Shown in pieces: positions 53,239-64,000 of a stretch of 64,000 nucleotides of DNA. The DNA lies in the NCBI RefSeq assembly GCF_006345805.1, contig NC_043002.1, positions 66,960,001 through 67,024,000 on the forward strand, read 5' to 3'. The notes beneath the pieces were generated by a model, which was not told the DNA's origin, did not search any database, and worked only from the letters and a program-made list of their open reading frames with translations. Position 1 is the first letter of the stretch, and the number at the start of each line of letters is the position of its first letter. The translations under genes and the position numbers were made by a program. Origin of the DNA: Octopus sinensis (Eukaryota).

Positions 53239-55579
53239 GGCTACATAGCATTATATTTTAAGTAATAATTTCATTTTAATTCCTGTCTTAACAGATTTAC
53301 CTTAAGTGTTTTCTGTAAATCTTTATTATGTTACAAAATATTCTGATGTAATCTTCATTAGGGAACGTGGGCATCCCTTTTCTTTTTTTTTTATTTACAG
53401 GAGCTATGTATCATATTTCATTAATACAACCCAATAAAGTGGTGAAGTGGCAAAGTAATTGGAATATTGGAGAAAAGCTTTGCAGTAATCGTTTCGGTCC
53501 TCTGTGTTCTGAGTTCAAATTCAAACAGGACCAACTTTGGCACTCTTATTTTATCGACCGCCGTTGAAATGAAAGTCAGTGATGGTATCGACTAAGCCTG
53601 GCTCTCAAATTTGCTGGTCTTGTGTTTATATTAGAAACTATAGTTCAGTTGTAGGGTAGAGGGCTGGTAGAATCATTAAAGTATGGGAAATAATTCCGGC
53701 TCTCTAGGTTCAAAGTTCAAATCTCGCCGAGCTCGACTTTATCTTTCTTCTCTCTGGAGTCAATAAACAAAGTAGCGGAGAGTGGTGTCAACTAACCCTT
53801 TCTCCCCAAAATTACTCGCCTTGTGTCTATATCAGAAATCATTCTTTGTAACCATTTTCAAAATGCTTTTGTCCAGACCACTGTCTTAAGTAGATCTCAA
53901 AATATCTGAGCGCTACAGATTAGTTTACAAAGGAATGGCGTTGAATTTGTTCTTGAACATACGTCCACTGTAACCTACTGAAGACAGCACGAATCATAGA
54001 GGAATTTTTACGTAGTTACTCTTCCTACTAAAACTAATAGCCAAAGCTTCCTCAAATCATGCCCTACACACTTTTTAAAATTCACACCTCGGGTAATGTA
54101 CTCCTAGATATATTGCATCTAAATAAAGGCGGAATGATCAAGACTGGAGTGTCGTTGGTCATAATTCTGTTCGATCAGGATTGCGCTGGGGCGAAGCGAC
54201 AATGACAGCAACTATAGACAATCCTATCGATAAAATGCTTATTGATTTTTATATTCACCTTGTTTTCTAAAATTAATATTTAAAATTGGATAAACAGTCG
54301 TTGGCCAAAAAAAATCAGCGGACAAAAAGCGTGGACGAAAAGACGCTGGACAAAGTGACATCGGACGAAGAGTCGGGTCACGGGGCTTACTTGAAATAAG
54401 TTGCATAATATGACTTTACTACTTAGGCATCGTATCCGTAAAAGAATAGATTTTTAGGTAGCAGTATAAATTCGCTGATCAACCAAGCGACTAGGGATTT
54501 GAATTTTTTTACTCGATTTATGCTATGTTTGCTTGCAAGAAATTGAACTCTCCATGGTCTAGTCTATCAAATTCTAATTATGTATTTAGGGCGGTATGAT
54601 TCGCCACTGAAGCAACAGCAATGCTTTAGGACTGATATGTACATCATTGGTTTGTAATACTGATCTCAGCCTCTCAGACAGGGTAAAAAAACAACAACAA
54701 AAGAACTAGTTTAGAAGACTAGTTTCCTATCTATGGAGATATATTCCTAATTTTATATAGCAACGTTTCGAAATGCCGGAAATAAGTGACAATCAATTGG
54801 GGCTCTTAAGATTTAGGAAAAAAACTTAACCACAGCTTCCCGAAAAAGTTTTACGAGTTATTCCACGAGTCATCGGTCAAGTATCGTGTTTCGGAAAGAA
54901 AACAACAGCTCATCACATTTAATCCTAGCATTTCGAAACGCTTCTCTATCTAGTTTAAGAAAATAATGGTTTTGTCTCAACATGTAACTCGAAACTGGAG
55001 TAAATTTTCATTGGTTGTAATATCGTCATAATGTGTGACTGAAGTTTAAAAGATGGTGGACAGATGTCTGTTTATAAAAACAAAATAACACTGTAAAGTG
55101 GTATCTGTTACTATCTAAAAGGGAATCTTAGCTGAAACTAATTAAGTTATACTGACATATAGTAAGTAAGTTATATTGACATAAAATATATTACATTGTT
55201 CGTAGCGCCACAGAAGACTTGGTCTTAATATATTTATAACTCCAGAGGAAGATACCTTGAAATAACTTCTCGTTGCTTTATCCTGGATTAAAGTTAACTA
55301 ACGAAAAACTCAACTAATTCTGCTTCCAACAGACTGAACTATATCTCACTATTATATCTATTTATAATAAAGCGGACATGGTTATTGAAAGGGAATTATA
55401 TATACATATTGGCATTATATTCTCGTTCCCATTTATGTAATTTGCTATGCAAAATCAATATCCGATATTCAAAATGTCTACTCGCATGCAAAAAAGGTTA
55501 TCCAGTATATATACGTGTTATCGATATACCATGGTTCTGTTTTGTGCACTCTAGAACTGTATCATATGTTATCTACAAC

Positions 55580-56143
55580 TGTAACAGCATATATACACAT
55601 ATATGTATACATGAATGCTTATATGAATACATATATGAATAAATGCATACATAATTACATACATGCATAGATACATAAATACTTATATACATAAATACAT
55701 ACAAACATAAGAACATACGTACATAAGAACATACATACATTGTACATGTATACAAAAATGCAAAAATACATACCACACATCATATATACATACATAAATA
55801 CGTACATGGCTACATATATACATACATATACGTGGGTGACAAGCCACATACAGGCGTATACAATCTGTTCATGCACATGCGCATACATCCCTCTCCTGAT
55901 CACCAAGTACACTGTAATATATGATATCTCACATCTGTTATAAGTTAATATTAACATGATTTATTCATTGATGTGTTATCCAGACACCGACACTATCGTC
56001 CACTGAATCCGGGGATTGTCCAGTGCACACAGGAAGTTGTCCTTAATAATCGGAGATGTTTCAGTAAACCCAGCTGCCATAGATATGGGAGTACCACTAA
56101 GGACACATACATGTCTATACGAATATATGCATAAACGTGTAGA

Positions 56144-56204
<61 letters not shown>

Positions 56205-56407
56205 ATATATATATATATGCATATGTATGTAGATAACGTTATAAACGTATATTATATATATATTTGTATAATATACATAAATATGTGTATATATATATTT
56301 GCATACATCTTCAAAGACATGTACATACATACATAATTACATGCATGAATGCGTACCTACATATATGTATGCACACATACGTGCATACATACATGCATGC
56401 AGCATTC

Positions 56408-56440
<33 letters not shown>

Positions 56441-56608
56441 TATATATACATACACATAAATATATATACATGCATACACATATGCACACACAAATATATA
56501 TGTACATACACATATATATACACACACACACACATACATATGTGTACATACACATATATACACACACACATATATATATATACATACACACACACATACA
56601 TATATACG

Positions 56609-56657
<49 letters not shown>

Positions 56658-56700
56658 GTGTGTGTGTCTATGCGCATGTGTGTGTGAATGTGTGTATACT
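55580..56700. repeat. Compound (TA)n/(CA)n/(TACA)n microsatellites
   Basis: Direct inspection. Confidence 0.9.
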
Positions 56701-57585
56701 AGTAATCATCTCGTACTACTGAGTTTATGAAGACGTAATATCATTTATTACACATAAAACTTTTTGTACTAAAGGAATACCAATTTTAACTTTAAATAAT
56801 CGTTCGTACGAGCAAGAAATAAAGAAATAAAAATACATGATTAAATAGATAAATAAATAATAAAATTATATAAAATAATAAAATCCCCAAGAGTAAAAGA
56901 AAATCAAAAGGTTCATATTATTATTATACAGAATATCAGATTCCATGTGGTCGGTATCGTTTAGTTGAAAAGACTAAAAAAATGTTGGTGAAAGTATTAT
57001 TTATGGCTAGCGTATGTAAATGTTTTGATTTCATTTTATTCATTTTATTTATTTATTCTAATTGTCTTCACCCCATTTATCAATCAATGTAAAACTAGTC
57101 AATAAAGGAGGAAAAGGAAATATTTATATAAATACCGGTTTCTTTTGATAAAGCGCAAATGTCTATATTTCAGAGAAATATTTTCCAAAAAGACATTAAA
57201 GATCCGTCAGTGAAACAAAATGACTCCGACCGGAAGTTTAAATTAAATATTTAAAGGAATGGTGTACTGATTGACTGATCGACGCATGTGAAACACTCTC
57301 ACTTCAATTAAAATTTCATTCTTAGAGTTGAAAGAAAACAAAAAAAAGACTGGCGATTATTATCAGTAAGCATCGGAAAGTGGAGAAAAATCTGACAAAA
57401 TAAACCTAAATATGGTTATGTGGTTAAGAAGGTCGCTTTTCAAACACATGGTTTCGGATCCAGTTCCACTGCACGGTACCTTGAGCAAGTGTCTTCCACT
57501 ATAGCCCTCGGGTCAACAAATGCCACGTGAACGCGAATTTGATACAAGGAAACTGTGTCAATGCACACATATATATATATGTATA

Positions 57586-57940
57586 AGTTGTATTTGGGGA
57601 TGGTCATGTTGCCAGTTTAGCCGATGAAAACTATATATTTGGTGTTCTCTTGCTTCAGCTTTATTTTACATTAATTGCACTTCGGCCAGAGTTCTCTCGT
57701 CACACCTCTGTGACCTCATCAGTGGTCCTTTGCTTTCTTTCTTTTTCTCTCTCCTTATTAACGATCTGCCATTTTGAAAGAAGAATGCTAAGGACCACTG
57801 ATGAGGATACAGAAGTGTGACGAAAGAACTCTGGCCGAAATACAATTAATATAAAATAAAGCTGAAGCAAGTGAACACCAAATATATAGCGCGTGTGTTT
57901 TCATTGGCTAAACTGGCAACATGACCATCCCCAAATACAA
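57586..57940. repeat. Foldback inverted repeat (about 150-bp arms, 53-bp spacer) with degenerate CTGATGA...GAAA motif
   Basis: 57631-57733 and 57787-57889 are reverse complements; the outer GTTGTATTTGGGGATGGTCATGTTGCCAGTTTAGCC is also mirrored. Confidence 0.88.
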
Positions 57941-58416
57941 CATCTGTTTCACACACGAATTCACATCAAGAATCTTGCAAAACGAATATATAAACACACA
58001 CATACATATATATACCGCCGTATATACTCGTCTATAAAACGCTCTTGCGTATTGGACGGACTCTCGACTTACAAGGTTCGGATCGGGAATTTTTTCATTG
58101 ACCCGACTATAATTCACAGCGACATTTTTGATGTTGGAGAGTAAAGTTCGATTAGGAATCGCACCGATATACTTGTTGTTCGATAACCGAGCTTTTAGTA
58201 ATCTGAAGATGACTTAAAGCAACTGTTATCGTATTAAGTCCATGCATTTTAGAAACCGATGTTCATAATGTAAAATTTTATCCTTGTCGGTTATTCCAAG
58301 TGTCGGAACTTCAGATGTGGCTTGTACCTAGAAAATATCTGAACATTTTTATAGGATGTGCTTTTAAGTCTAGTGCGACTTATAGCTGAGTATATATATA
58401 TATATGTATTATATAT

Positions 58417-58706
58417 AAACAATTGTAGCGTGGATGGTGTTTATAAGCCATTTAAGAAACCCACAAAAACCGTTAGATTCACTTCAACATTTAAATTAAA
58501 TTTGTCAAAATATTTTCGTCGCTTTGAGACCGCGACCTGTTCACTGACAAAATTCCGTGCTGCATGGAATTTTGTCAGTGAACAGGTCGCGGTCTCAAAG
58601 CGACGAAAATATTTTGACAAATTTAATTTAGATGTTGAAGTGAATCTAACGGAGATTGTGTGTTTCTTAAATGACTTATAAACACCTTCCACGCTGCAAT
58701 TGTTTT
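58417..58706. repeat. 290-bp spacerless palindrome
   Basis: Centre at 58561 (TTCCGTGC-T-GCATGGAA). Inner arms nearly perfect, outer parts more diverged. Confidence 0.95.
58571..58621 (+). ncRNA. Hammerhead-like fold with G3-C8 core variant (mirror copy 58501-58551 on minus strand)
   Basis: TTTGTCA-GTGAACA-G-GTCGC(GGTCTCAAA)GCGAC-GAAAATATTT-TGACAAA. 7-bp stem I, 5-bp stem II, GAAA, palindromic AATATT. Confidence 0.55.
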
Positions 58707-58761
58707 CGTTCCAGTACATGATCTCAGATCAGATCACTTGCTATGCAAGTGTATCTCCGTA

Positions 58762-58792
<31 letters not shown>

Positions 58793-59038
58793 ATATAATA
58801 TATATATATATATTTATAATATGTGAATTACAGGGATATGTCGTATGTGGAGTCTCATTTGTAGAAAATAGAAATAAACAGTCTTTGATTTCTATTTCTA
58901 ATTTTTCGGTATGTGGCTAAGCAACCTGTTGCCTGCCCCTTTTATTTATATACAAAAATATATATTGAATTTTTTTAATAAAAGTTCCTACCGTTAATGG
59001 TTATATTTACATGCCGAAATCTACCCGTAAATAATTGT

Positions 59039-59073
<35 letters not shown>

Positions 59074-59446
59074 CAGGGTGAGTCGCCATACATAGGGATA
59101 ATTTATCTTTTTATTAGAAAGAGTTTATAAGAACAGTTTCTTTTTTTTTTTTTTAACAGGCTCTATATGGTTACCATTGTTTTGAATACACATTGCAATA
59201 CGTTTACCCTGCTCATTGTGAACTCGTAATAGCACATCTGGTGACACTTGTGCAAATGAATTGGTGATGCGTTCCTTCAAATGATTTATGTCTTTTAACT
59301 TTCCGCGATACACCATGCCTTTCAAATGGCTCCAAAGATAGAAATCAAGAGGGGGTCAGATTAGGGGATTTAAGGTATCTTATAAACTGTATTTTATAAA
59401 AAAAAAAAAAAATTTTCCTATGTATGGAGACTTTTGAATTACCCTG
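59074..59446 (-). mobile_element. Internally deleted Tc1/mariner-superfamily (maT/DD37D-like) element
   Basis: TA-flanked TIRs CAGGGT...CCATACATAGG. Minus strand reads KSPNLTP/LDFYLWSHLKGMVY...RIAMCIQNNGNHIE. Confidence 0.8.
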
Positions 59447-59481
59447 TATATATCTATATATATGTGTGTGTGTGTGTGTGT

Positions 59482-59514
<33 letters not shown>

Positions 59515-59895
59515 CACAGGGTGTCTGTGCTTTGTCACCTCCATCGTTTGACACTGGTATTGATTTGCTTACTCCCCCATAATTTAACAGCTCGCTAAAA
59601 GTGACGGATAGAATAAGTACTAAACTTGAAAAAAAAATATTGCGATCGATTTGTTTAACTAATTCCTTTCAAAGCTGTGTCGCAGTATGGCCGCCATTCA
59701 ATGATTGAAACAAGTAAAAGATAAAAGATCCCTTTCTCTCGTGGAACAAAAACGCAATGGAGGACAATAAAGCATTCGAACAGATAGACCGTACAAAGGC
59801 GGACAAGAGAAACAACAATTAGAAGGGTAGGCAAGAAAAGACGAGTCATTCATGGCCTTCTTTCCTCAGTCAAGTACCACAATATATATGGAGGG

Positions 59896-59934
<39 letters not shown>

Positions 59935-60410
59935 ATAATAGAACGACCAAAGATAGACATGGAGTCTGACGTCACACAAACGAACTACTACCATCATCAC
60001 TATCACTTTTCTCCCTCTATTCCAGTCTATGTCTCTTTCTCATTCTCTGTCTCTCTCCATTCTACTATTTCGGAAAGAAAATGGGAGAACGAGAAAGATT
60101 TAAAACATTACTACATTTCAAATTTTGTGTCCTTTTCTTTACCTTATTTAATAGAATGCGTTTGCTTTGTAGTTTTTGAATATGAAGACTACACACACGC
60201 TGTCGACTCACATTTGTATACGTAAATACATACATTATCTTCGGTTTACACTGTAGATTTGCTCTGCGAGTCACCGTGCAAATGTGAACCGTCGGAGATA
60301 CATTTTAATGATATTAATAAAAACGCGCAAAATGTAAATCATTTATACAAATAAATACAATTATCGCATAGAGATAGGCAGTGCTATAATATTTTTATCC
60401 AACGTAAGTC

Positions 60411-60775
60411 GGCGAGCTGGCAGAAACGTTAGCACGCCGGGCGAAATGCGTTGCCGTATTTCGTCTGCCGTTACGTTCTGAGTTCAAATTCCGCCGAGGT
60501 CGACTTTGCTTTTTATCCTTTCGGGGTCGATTAAATAAGTACCAGTTACGCACTGGGGTCGATATAATCAACTTAATCCGTTTGTTTGTCCTTGTTTGTC
60601 CCTCCCTGTGTTTAGCCCCTTGTGGGTAGTAAAGAAATAGGTATCTTGTCGGTCTTTACGTTCTAAGGTCAAATTCCGCCGAAGTCGACTTTGCTTTTCA
60701 TTCTTTCTGGGTCGATAAATTAAGTACCAGTTGCGTACTGGAGTCGATGTAATCGATTGGCCCCTCCCCCAAAAT
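60411..60775 (+). mobile_element. SINE family B dimer
   Basis: Head plus second unit joined at AAAGAAATAG|GTATC (about 60641). Confidence 0.85.
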
Positions 60776-61219
60776 GCCGACAGCTGTTGTTGACAAACAA
60801 CGGCTGTAATTTTATTCAGCTGAATGTCATTGATTGGTTGAAATTACTGAAATACGACAACTTTAACACGAAATAACTTTGTAAATATAAACTTTTCTCA
60901 AAAACGCTAACAGTAAAAGATGTTTTATATGAAACATTCTACCAGTATACGAAGTTTGAAAGTGTTTGACGTTTGAAACGTTATTATTTTCGAAAATATT
61001 TTACAAATTATTAAAACGTAATTCTGACTTCACCATCAAAGAAGTTAGATGATAATAAAGCAAGAAGAAAAGGAAAAATGTAAAACCTAACCGAGAGCAA
61101 CGAAGTAGTGTTCCTGTCTACGTAAAGAAAAGATAAAGTAAAAAGAAAACAAACAAAAACCAAACATAAAAAAATAAACTCAACGAAAGTCGTGTTAAAA
61201 GTGAAACTATGCAAAGCGA

Positions 61220-61229
61220 GGAATGAATG

Positions 61230-61269
<40 letters not shown>

Positions 61270-61275
61270 TGTGTG

Positions 61276-61319
<44 letters not shown>

Positions 61320-61535
61320 TGTGTGTGTGTATGTATGTGTGTGTGTATGTATGTGTGTGTGTATGTGGGTTTGTGCGTGCGTGTATGTATGTATGTGTCT
61401 GCATGTATGCGTGTGTGTATGTATGCATGTATGTTTGTATGTATGTGTGTGTATGCATGTATATGTGTATGTATGTATGTATGTATGTATGTATGCATGT
61501 ATATGTCTGTGTATGTATGTATGTATGTAAGTATG
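61220..61535. repeat. (GA)n(GT)n(GCGT)n(GTAT)n compound microsatellite
   Basis: Direct inspection. Confidence 0.95.
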
Positions 61536-62858
61536 CATACATTTATGGCTGTGTGGTAAGAAGCTTGCTTTTCATTACAGGGTTTCAGGTTCACTCCCAC
61601 TGCCTGGCACTTCCGCTATTACGCCAGACAGTGAGAGGATTTGGTAGAAGGAAGCCCCGATAGAATAAGGACTAGGTTTACAAAGAATAAGCCATGTGGT
61701 TGATTTCTTCGACTAAAACCCTTTCAGGCGGTGCTCCAGCATAGCTGCAGTTAAATGACGGAAACATGTAAAGGAATAAAAGAATACAAACATATATGTA
61801 TATACATGTGTGTGTGTGTGTGTGTATGCATGCGTTCAAGTGAGTGAGTGACTCTTTACTCCAATACACCGTAAGATAGACAAAAGTTTGTAATACGGTA
61901 TTATATTAGGATATAATCAATGTTTTCGAGAGATTAAGGGATTATCTATTATACGGAAACATTGTAAAACAGTTTTATAGAAGATCAGATTAAGCAACAT
62001 TTAATAAACCCATCCGTTTGTTGAAATATATATAAAAAAACAACCCAATAGTCACTATGACGATTCCAGAGGGAATTTACCAGATATGGTTTCCTGTTCT
62101 TCTGTCCCAGGACATGCCAATTTTTCTTTTTTCTTTGAGACCAACACTGGAAAGCAAGGAAGGGTTTTTTCATCAGTTCTATAGTTCCCTTTCCTTTATG
62201 CAGCAATGAACTGTAAACTCCCTATAGAACCTATTTACAATTAAACGAACTGAGCAATTAAGAATTTAATGTTTTTGCCAGGACCATTTGAATGCACAGC
62301 ATGTGGCAGGGCACGAAACGTGGATCCTTCGGCCGGCAGACCAACAGATTAACTTGGTTAGCCACGATTCTTAGAAGAACTCTGGGAATACAATGTTTAT
62401 ATATATATATATATATATATGAATTTTTGAAATTACTATGCTTTAAGCAATTGAGCAGATGTTGTGAGTGTCAGTTTGCTGACGTCAGGAAATAGACCAA
62501 TGTATACCAGATGTTTTGGTTATGGCCGTTGTTGTTTTTCGTCGTTATTGTCGTTGATATTTTAGCAATGAATATCGAAGCTTACATTTCTGTAAGGAAT
62601 GCTTTAATGCCTCTTTATTTTTCAGGTCTTTTATGGTTTAGTTACTGCTTTTATAATACCAGTGGAACTTTTTCACTATAGTGTTTCCAACTAGAAGAAT
62701 TTTAATTAAGGAATTTTATTATAAATACAGCGTATTTTAAAGAAATACAGTTAGCTACAACACTGAAGAAGTAGCTCAGTTTGTCACAGAATTGCTTATT
62801 TACCGTTGAGTGATATGCAATTGAACTGACTGTACAATATTATATTAGCTGTAGCTAA

Positions 62859-63745
62859 GGTGTGCTGGCAGAACCGTTACCACGCCGGGCGAAATGCGTA
62901 GCCGTATTTCGTCTGCCGTTACGTTCTGAGTTCAAATTTCGACGAGGTCGACTTTGCCTTTCATCCTTTCGGAGTCGATTAAATAAGTACCAGTTGAGCA
63001 CTGGGGACGATGTAATCGACTTAATCCGTTTGTCTGTCCTTGTTTGTCTACTCTGTGTTTAACCCCTTGTGGGTAGTACAGAAATAGGTATTTCGTCTGC
63101 CGTTACGTTCTGAGTTCAAATTCCGCCGAGGTCGACTTTGCCGTTCATCCTTTCGGGGTCAATTAAATAAGTACCAGTTGAGCAGTGGGGTCGATATAAT
63201 CGACTTAAACCGTTTGTCTGTCCTTGTTTGTCCCCTCATATGTAGCCCCTTGTAGGCAGTAAAGAAATAAGAAACGTTAGTACGTCGTGCGAAATGCTTA
63301 GCGGTCTTTACATTCTGAATTCAAATTCCGCCGAGGTCGACTTTGCTTTTCATCCTTTCGGGGTCGCTAAATTAAGTACCAAGTGTGTACTGGGCCGATC
63401 TAATCGACTGGCACCCTCCCCAAAAATTTCGGGCTTTGTGCTTTGAGTAGAAAAGAATATTCTTTTTACTCTAGGCACAATGCCTAAAATTCTGGAGGAT
63501 CGATCCCAGTACGCAACTGGTACTTAAATTAGTAGAAAAGAATATCATACTAGCTGTAGTTAAGGCGAGCTGGTAGGATCGTTAGTACGCTGGACGAAAT
63601 GCTTAGCAGTATATCGCCCATCGCTATGTTCTGAGTTCGTATTCCACCGAGGTCGACATTGCCTTTCAGCCTTTCGGGGTCGATAAAATAAGTACCAGTT
63701 GAACACTGGGGTCGATGTAATCGACTCATTCCCATCTTCCCCCAA
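62859..63745 (+). mobile_element. SINE family B trimer (62859-63460) plus further copies
   Basis: Junctions at about 63088 (GAAATAG|GTATTTCGTC) and about 63270 (AAAGAAATAA|GAAACGTTAG). Confidence 0.85.
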
Positions 63746-64000
63746 GCTGCCGTTGTGACGAAAATTTGAGATAATTATATGAGCTGTCGCTGTTTCATTA
63801 GACGCCGGTGGAATGGTGGCCAAAACCAAATCGGTGGATTTTAAAAGAAAGAACATAAAAAGATGTTAAAGGTTGACAGATATTAAGCGAAACACTCTAC
63901 CGTTTCGGTAAATAATCGCCTTTATATACCACAACGACTGTATGGAACTAAAGTAAGGAAACTGTTTTACGTCGTGATAAAGATCTAAAGTTAAAATTAA

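Overview
AT-rich, repeat-saturated animal genomic DNA. The SINE types and the extreme TA/CA/TG microsatellite load suggest an octopus or other coleoid cephalopod; this is inference, not confirmed. One host protein-coding region is evident: a single 2.1-kb coding exon on the minus strand (8814-10919, 701 aa). It has a signal peptide, Cys-rich modules, an internal ShKT-like six-Cys motif and a GPI-signal-like tail, and is preceded by a 5'UTR splice acceptor. The rest is mobile DNA: a full-length IR/DR-type Tc1 (DD34E) element with an open transposase ORF, decayed mariner, maT-like, pogo/Tigger and hAT elements, a dead 5'-truncated CR1-like LINE, a probable RTE 5' fragment and dozens of tRNA-derived SINEs from about 4 families that swap modules. 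Almost all ORF-track entries are microsatellite or SINE artefacts. The most interesting signal is a set of minimal type-I hammerhead ribozyme folds, read by eye, in short Penelope-like remnants and foldback palindromes (6-38, 2327-2372, 16786-16846, 38895-38937, degenerate at about 57.7 kb). One further copy (58571-58621) has the C3-G8 core pair swapped to G3-C8 and sits in a 290-bp spacerless palindrome. No ribozyme activity can be established from sequence alone.
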